A stretch of 64,000 nucleotides of DNA from Akkermansia sp. (GTDB taxonomy: Bacteria > Verrucomicrobiota > Verrucomicrobiia > Verrucomicrobiales > Akkermansiaceae): positions 6,715 through 70,714 of the forward strand of contig JAUNHW010000012.1 in the NCBI GenBank assembly GCA_030523775.1, written 5' to 3'. The notes beneath the pieces were generated by a model. The model made no database searches. It saw nothing but the letters and a program-made list of their open reading frames with translations, and was not told the DNA's origin. Position numbers and translations under genes: made by a program. Positions 58,906-64,000 of the stretch are shown piece after piece (position 1 is the first letter of the stretch; each line of letters starts with the position of its first letter).

Positions 58906-59988
58906 TTACTTCTTGAGGAAGGGTTTCTTGATGATGACGGCGGGGACGGGCTTGTTGCGGACGATGACGTTCACCTCCGTGCCGATCTTGCCGAGGGCGG
59001 TGGGAACGTATGCCATGGCAATGCCCTTGCCGAGGGTGGGGGAAAGCACGCCGCTGCAGAGCTCGCCCAGGTGCGTGCCGTCCGGCAGCTGCACCTCGTA
59101 GCCGTGGCGGGGCGGGGCGCCCTTGCCCGTGTACTCGATGGCCACCAGCGCGGTGGGGCGGCCCTCCGCCTTCTGCTGGCGCAGCACCTCCACGCCGATG
59201 AAGTCCTTCGTGAGGTCGCAGCACCAGGAGAGTCCGGCCTCCAGCGGGGTCTTCTCCGGGGAGAGGTCGCTGCCGTTCAGGGAGTAGCACATCTCCAGGC
59301 GCAGGCTGTCGCGCGCGCCCAGGCCGCAGGGCTTGGCGCCGCTGGCAATGACCTTCTCCAGCCACTTCACGCCCTCTGCCGCCGGGCAGAAGAACTCGAA
59401 GCCGTTCTCACCGGTGTACCCGGTGCGGCAGACGTAGAGCTCGTCGCCGTCGCAGCTGAACTTGAGGATGCCGTTGCGCTCCGGCAGCACAATGCCCGGG
59501 CACATGCCCGCGAAAACTTTTTCACAGTTGGGCCCCTGCACGGCCAGGCCCACGAAATCCGCGCTCTTGTTGACGAGCGAGACGCCCTCCGGCTTGTGCG
59601 CGGTGAGCCAGGCGTAGTCCTCGTCAATCATGGAGGCGTTCACCACAATGAAGTAGTTGTCCTCGCCCATGCGGTAGATGATGAGGTCGTCGATGACGCC
59701 GCCGCGCTCGTTGAGCATCATGGAGTACTGGCCCACGCCGTCCGTGAGCTTGTGCAGGTTGTTGGTGAACATGCCGTTCAACCACTCCGTGGTGCCCGGG
59801 CCGTAGGCCAGGAACTGCCCCATGTGGGAGATGTCGAACACGCCGCAATCGTTGCGAACGGCGTTGTGCTCATCAATGATTCCCGTGTACTGCACGGGCA
59901 TGTTCCAACCGGCAAACGGCACCATCTTGGCACCCAGAGCCACATGCTTTTCGCACAAAGGCGTGCATTTAATCTGTTCTTCGCTCAT
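58906..59988 (-). CDS. gcvT: Aminomethyltransferase (T protein)
   Basis: FAGWNMPVQY, FDISHMG, RTGYTGENGFE, GLGARDSLRLE. Confidence 0.96.
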   Translation of the reverse strand: MSEEQIKCTPLCEKHVALGAKMVPFAGWNMPVQYTGIIDEHNAVRNDCGVFDISHMGQFLAYGPGTTEWLNGMFTNNLHKLTDGVGQYSMMLNERGGVIDDLIIYRMGEDNYFIVVNASMIDEDYAWLTAHKPEGVSLVNKSADFVGLAVQGPNCEKVFAGMCPGIVLPERNGILKFSCDGDELYVCRTGYTGENGFEFFCPAAEGVKWLEKVIASGAKPCGLGARDSLRLEMCYSLNGSDLSPEKTPLEAGLSWCCDLTKDFIGVEVLRQQKAEGRPTALVAIEYTGKGAPPRHGYEVQLPDGTHLGELCSGVLSPTLGKGIAMAYVPTALGKIGTEVNVIVRNKPVPAVIIKKPFLKK

Positions 59989-59998
59989 GTTACCATCC

Positions 59999-60027
59999 AC
60001 TATAAGCCCCCCGCCCCGCCGAGTCAA
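59999..60027 (-). promoter_or_regulatory. Promoter of gcvTHP
   Basis: TTGACT-17-TATAGT, 10 nt before ATG 59988. Confidence 0.8.
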
Positions 60028-60265
60028 GCAATATCCCGCACCTTTCCGAGAAAATTCCCATTCCCCCAACACCCGGAGATAGATGAACGCGAGACGCCAT
60101 CCACCCCGCAGTGCGGGATTCGGCGGCGAGACGTGCTTCCAGCCGTCGGGCGTATTGTAAATCCCTTGTCCTGCGGAAGTTGAAAAGAGGGATGCGCCTA
60201 GCCGGAAAACCGAGGAAACCGCAAAAAAACGCTTGACAACTTGGCCATTTGTGTTTTAATGGCGG

Positions 60266-60342
60266 TGTCACGGCACGCTAACGCCTCTGCTCTTCCTTAA
60301 CCGGAGGGGATACGCGCAACAAAGCGTGCCTTTCCTTTTTTC
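60266..60342 (+). ncRNA. Candidate small structured RNA
   Basis: Upstream TTGACA-16-TTTAAT; closing stem GGCACGCT/AGCGTGCC, inner hairpin, T-rich tail. Confidence 0.4.
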
Positions 60343-60647
60343 ATGGACAATCCTTTCCTGGATGGGGTTGCCATCTCACTGGCAGGACCATCCACTGTGG
60401 AAATAGGGTTCACAAAGGCGTGGACTCACGCCCCCCGCCCGCCGAGTCAAGCAATATCCCCGCTAGTTTCAAACAAAATTCGGAGCTGCGCCAGATTTTG
60501 CGGGTGGTCGAAAAAACGCCCGGTGAGGTGCAGGCGTGGACGCAATCCACCCCGCGGAGCGGGGTTACCGTGGAAGGTATGCGGGGGGGGTGCCCCATGG
60601 GTTAAAGGGAGACGTCATCCGCCCCGCCGCATGGCGGCGGGACTCCG

Positions 60648-61505
60648 TTAGTGCATGTCCGCATAACTCTGCACCATCGTCACGCGCCTTGCGTTCCCAT
60701 CGCCAGACGCCCCTCCCATTCCAGTTCCCAACCTCACACGGTCCCCCGTTGGAGCAGTTGACAGCGCCTCCAGCGGCAAGAGGGAAATGAAACTTCGCTG
60801 ATAGCGCTTCGCCCCCGCCGGCATCCTGCGTGTGGCGGCGGGATCTATGAGGCCGTGTGCGCGGCAGATTTCGGAGAAGCGGCGGGAAACGTGGCAGGTG
60901 TGTATATCATGCAATTCTTGCAGAATGTACTCGTCCTCCGGCTTGGCGATATCGTCCAGCAGGCGGATGAACTCCCGGGAGAGGAAGTGCACGATATATC
61001 CCCCGCGCGAGTCGTTGTTCTTGATCACCAGCATGTTCGCCTTACGGTTGAGCTGTGAGCGGCGCAGGTTCTGGCAGGTTGTTATGCCAAGCCCCCCGCA
61101 GTATACCCGCAAGCCCACCAGCGCGCGGTACACGGGCGGGAACTCCGTGAGCATGCGCTGCACCTCCGGCAGGGTGAAGGCGCGCCCTTCCTCCGTGGCC
61201 CGCGTGTGCGCAGCCGGCAGCGGCACCCCGCGCATGGGCGACTCGTGCAGCAGGCCGCTCTTCACCGCTGCCTGGAACGCTGCATTCAGGTACGCGCGGT
61301 ATGAACGCAGCGTTCGCGGGGCCATACTCTGCGCGCGTTCCTCAAAGAAGCGTTCGCAGTGCCCGGGCTTCAGGGAGTCCAGCGGCCCGTTCGCCAGCTC
61401 TCCCAGATACTCCAGGAAGCGGGCGTACACCTGGCAGCGCTTCTCCAGCGTACGCGGCGCATCCTTGGGCGGGCGGAACGCTTCCAGATACGCGCGGATG
61501 CTCAT
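60648..61505 (-). CDS. Tyrosine recombinase-like protein with degenerate catalytic motifs
   Basis: Core-binding region (APRTLRSYRAYLNAAFQAAVKSGLLHESP), AFTLPEV, YCGGLGI, RSFISLL. Confidence 0.75.
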   Translation of the reverse strand: MSIRAYLEAFRPPKDAPRTLEKRCQVYARFLEYLGELANGPLDSLKPGHCERFFEERAQSMAPRTLRSYRAYLNAAFQAAVKSGLLHESPMRGVPLPAAHTRATEEGRAFTLPEVQRMLTEFPPVYRALVGLRVYCGGLGITTCQNLRRSQLNRKANMLVIKNNDSRGGYIVHFLSREFIRLLDDIAKPEDEYILQELHDIHTCHVSRRFSEICRAHGLIDPAATRRMPAGAKRYQRSFISLLPLEALSTAPTGDRVRLGTGMGGASGDGNARRVTMVQSYADMH

Positions 61506-61545
61506 CTCTCCCCCGCCGCTGCCTGCCACGATGAAATGCATGGAA

Positions 61546-61573
61546 TTTACGATTGACGATTGACGATTTACAA
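61546..61573. repeat. Heptamer tandem repeat, 4 units
   Basis: TTTACGA TTGACGA TTGACGA TTTACAA. Confidence 0.8.
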
Positions 61574-61585
61574 TTGGGAGAGTTC

Positions 61586-61623
61586 GGCTCCGCCTTCGCT
61601 AAAGCTTCGGCGTGACAAGGCGC
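61586..61623 (-). repeat. REP-like imperfect hairpin repeat
   Basis: Reverse complement matches 1509-1546 at 37/38. Confidence 0.85.
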
Positions 61624-61638
61624 GCCGGGATTTGGGGA

Positions 61639-61668
61639 ATTAGGATTAGAATTAGGATTTGGATTTGG
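61639..61668. repeat. Hexamer tandem repeat, 5 units
   Basis: ATTAGG ATTAGA ATTAGG ATTTGG ATTTGG. Confidence 0.8.
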
Positions 61669-61702
61669 AAAAAGCCCCGCGCGGTGCGCGTCCGCGCGGG
61701 GC
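61669..61702 (-). terminator. Terminator of the second PEP-CTERM gene
   Basis: GCCCCGCGCGG 11-bp stem; T5 tail on the minus strand. Confidence 0.8.
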
Positions 61703-61760
61703 CTGTTAATCTGTTCTCCTGCGGCAACGCCGCCTAACTTATGATTTGTACATTGCTTGC

Positions 61761-61809
61761 CTCGGCGTAGCCCGCAGGGCGTAGACGGGTACTTTGTACT
61801 TTGTACATC
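61761..61809 (+). repeat. REP-like unit followed by heptamer repeats
   Basis: CTCGGCGTAGC-CCGCAGG-GCGTAGACGG, then GTACTTT GTACTTT GTACATC. Confidence 0.75.
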
Positions 61810-64000
61810 TCACTTGCGGCGTCTGCGCGCTGCCAGCGCGCAGAGCGCCAGCAAGCTCAGGGTGCTTGTGGTGGGTTCGGGGACCTGCACAATGTAGACG
61901 GTGCCCACATTGCTGCCGTTGCCGCCCGGGTTCACGCCGCTGTAGAACACGTAGTAGTCCTTGCCTTCCGTCTTGAAGAGGTCGTTGTTGAAGACCTCGT
62001 TGGCCTTGACCCACGTCTCGGAAGCGAAGGTGATTTCGGAGTACTGCTGCGTGCCGATGAAGAAACTCTCCACATCGTAGTACAGGTCGTACGCCTCCAT
62101 GAATCCGAGTCCGGCCACATTTTCCATATCTTTGGTGGAGAGGGACATGCCCGGGTTCAGGGTCACGGAGCAGCCCATGTTCAGGCCGCCCGTGCCGCCG
62201 TAGGCGGAGACATCCAGCGTGGAGCCGGCGTCCATCACCAGGTTGGCGTTCAGCTTGGCGTCCGCACCGCTGGCGGTGAGGGTGCCCTTGACGGTCAGCG
62301 CGCCCACGTTCTCTTCCGCAGCCGTGGCGTTGGTGTACACGCCCAGGTTGCTGTTGTTGATGGTGACATCCTGCGCGCTCACGCTGGCGGCCTGGGCGAT
62401 GTTCATGATGTTGAGCGTACCGGCCTCCACGTCGATGGAGCCGTCGAAGCCGTCCACACCGCCGAAGCTCTGGGTGCCGGAGCCGCTGTGCACCACATCC
62501 AGGTTGGCGCCCAGCTTGCCGTTGTAGGTGTAGTTGTCGTCACCCGTGATTTCGAGCACGCGGTTCTTGTCGGCCTCCGTGCCGCGCACGTTCACGGTCT
62601 TGCCGGTGGTGGCGTCCTTAAGGCCCTTCACCTGGGCGCGGGCGGTGTCCACGGTCACGGTGGCGTAGGTGCCGCCGCTCATTGTCGACTGCAGCACGGC
62701 ATTGGCGGCCACGTACTCGTCCTTGATGACCAGGTTCATGCCGCCGCCGGTCTTGACGTAGCTGGAGCCGGTGCCGTACTGGATGGTGCCGGTGTAGGCG
62801 GGCGCCGAGGCCGCGGAGGTTTCATCGCCGAGGATGAAGTTGACCACCTTGCCCGTACCTGCATTACCGCCGGTGTAGCAGGTGGTCACCTGCAGGGTGT
62901 GGCCCGTGCCGCCGCCGGAGAGGGACTTCACCACAATGTCCGTGGTGTAGTTCACCGAGCCGGATGTAAGCATATAGGTGATGCCGGACGCGCCGTCGAT
63001 ATCCAGATGGCCCAGATTGAACACCTGGTCGTCCTCATAGCCAGCGAGGCGGATATCACCGTTGCTGCCCTTGAGCTTGAGCGTGCCCTGGACATCCAAG
63101 TCGCCCACCAGGGAGTAGTAACTGTTACGGTTGGTGGAAGTCAGCGTCAGCGTGGCGTTTTCACCCACCACCACGGCGGAACCCGCATTGCCCGTCAAGC
63201 GGCGCACGGAAGCATCCTTGTCGAACGTGGCCGTAACGTGGTTGTTGAGCGTCACATCAGAGGAGGCTCCATTGGAAAGCGTGCCCATGGTGTAGGCGGT
63301 GCCGCCCTCCCGGCCGTTCAAGGTCAGGGCCTTGTTGGTCAGGTTGACCGTGCCGGCGTTGTCCATGCCGTTAGCCAGCGTCAGGTTGGCGCCCAGCTCC
63401 AGCGTGCCGACGGCCGCCACGTCCACATGGGCGTTGCCCAGGGCGGTTCCCGTGGTGGTCTTGAGCGTGCCTCCCTGCACGTCAACCGTGCCTTCCATGG
63501 TGTTGTCGGCGCTCAGGGTGAGCACCTTGCCGGTGGTGCCGGTGACGGTCAGCGTCTGGCCGGCGCCCACGCCCTCCACAGAGGCAACGGAGGCGTTCTC
63601 CGACACCTGGACGGTGGCGGAGGCATCCTCCGTGAGCACCAGGTGGGCGAGCGCGGCATCAGCCTTGTTCAGGTTGATGGCGGTGGCGTCAGCCAGTTTC
63701 ACGGTGGTCAGATTCTCGCCTGCGAAGTCAAACGCAGTGGTGTACTTTTCCGTGGTCCCATCCGCCCGCACGTGGAACGTGGTCATGTCCTTCTGGCCAT
63801 TGCCGGTGAAGGTACCGGCCTGGGCATCGAATGTACCGCCGACACCCTTGTAGGTGATGGTGGCGGCGGAGCTGTCAACCACGCCCACACGGTTCTCGGT
63901 GAAGACGCGCACGGTGGAGGAATTGTAGTAGAAGCCGTTGCCATCATGTTCGCCTTCGTCGTAGCCTTCGTCTTCGGTGAGGGCGGTCAGGGCGTCCAGG
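61810..64000 (-). CDS. PEP-CTERM surface protein with passenger-like repeats (5' end outside the window)
   Basis: Open frame to the window edge; LTLSADNTMEGTVDVQGGTL; C-terminal VPEPTTSTLSLLALCALAARRRRK. Confidence 0.9.
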   Translation of the reverse strand, partial: LDALTALTEDEGYDEGEHDGNGFYYNSSTVRVFTENRVGVVDSSAATITYKGVGGTFDAQAGTFTGNGQKDMTTFHVRADGTTEKYTTAFDFAGENLTTVKLADATAINLNKADAALAHLVLTEDASATVQVSENASVASVEGVGAGQTLTVTGTTGKVLTLSADNTMEGTVDVQGGTLKTTTGTALGNAHVDVAAVGTLELGANLTLANGMDNAGTVNLTNKALTLNGREGGTAYTMGTLSNGASSDVTLNNHVTATFDKDASVRRLTGNAGSAVVVGENATLTLTSTNRNSYYSLVGDLDVQGTLKLKGSNGDIRLAGYEDDQVFNLGHLDIDGASGITYMLTSGSVNYTTDIVVKSLSGGGTGHTLQVTTCYTGGNAGTGKVVNFILGDETSAASAPAYTGTIQYGTGSSYVKTGGGMNLVIKDEYVAANAVLQSTMSGGTYATVTVDTARAQVKGLKDATTGKTVNVRGTEADKNRVLEITGDDNYTYNGKLGANLDVVHSGSGTQSFGGVDGFDGSIDVEAGTLNIMNIAQAASVSAQDVTINNSNLGVYTNATAAEENVGALTVKGTLTASGADAKLNANLVMDAGSTLDVSAYGGTGGLNMGCSVTLNPGMSLSTKDMENVAGLGFMEAYDLYYDVESFFIGTQQYSEITFASETWVKANEVFNNDLFKTEGKDYYVFYSGVNPGGNGSNVGTVYIVQVPEPTTSTLSLLALCALAARRRRK

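Noticed and set aside
59989-60400. Glycine riboswitch upstream of gcvT
   Set aside because: No GGAGA/CCGAAG/CTCTCAGG aptamer core; the promoter sits 10 nt from the ATG, leaving no room
60343-60651. 102-aa plus-strand ORF after the candidate sRNA
   Set aside because: Runs through the duplicated promoter blocks, has low-information composition and no motif
60006-61505. Invertible promoter or shufflon driven by the recombinase
   Set aside because: The nearby repeats are direct, not inverted, and the recombinase lacks catalytic residues

Overview
High-GC bacterial chromosomal window, most consistent with an Akkermansia-like Verrucomicrobium (VPEP-CTERM surface proteins, sulfatase and glycosidases; this is inference from gene content). 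Mostly housekeeping genes: exbBD, nifJ, tRNA-Asp, dinG-like helicase, grpE-dnaJ-rsmE, sdaA, fabG, ftsA-ftsZ, ilvC, folC-ahcY, pheST, gcvTHP. Two large PEP-CTERM genes sit at the window ends. The most unusual part is an accessory block between pheS and gcvP (about 48.1-55.4 kb). It holds a back-to-back promoter pair, an HTH/RHH-like regulator followed by a membrane Ser/Thr kinase, and, divergently, a Zn-ribbon protein, a Sel1 protein, a micro membrane protein and a 20-aa-repeat secreted protein with an in-frame amber codon. It ends in a 3 x 33-bp repeat array. Other notable items: an intact but catalytically degenerate tyrosine recombinase beside a candidate small RNA, a family of REP-like hairpins including one nested copy, a Fic/Doc relic, a chlamydial OmcA-like micro-lipoprotein, and many near-consensus sigma70 promoters only 6-12 nt from the start codon. 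No CRISPR array, rRNA or intact transposase was seen. All homology calls come from motifs recognised by eye; no searches were run.
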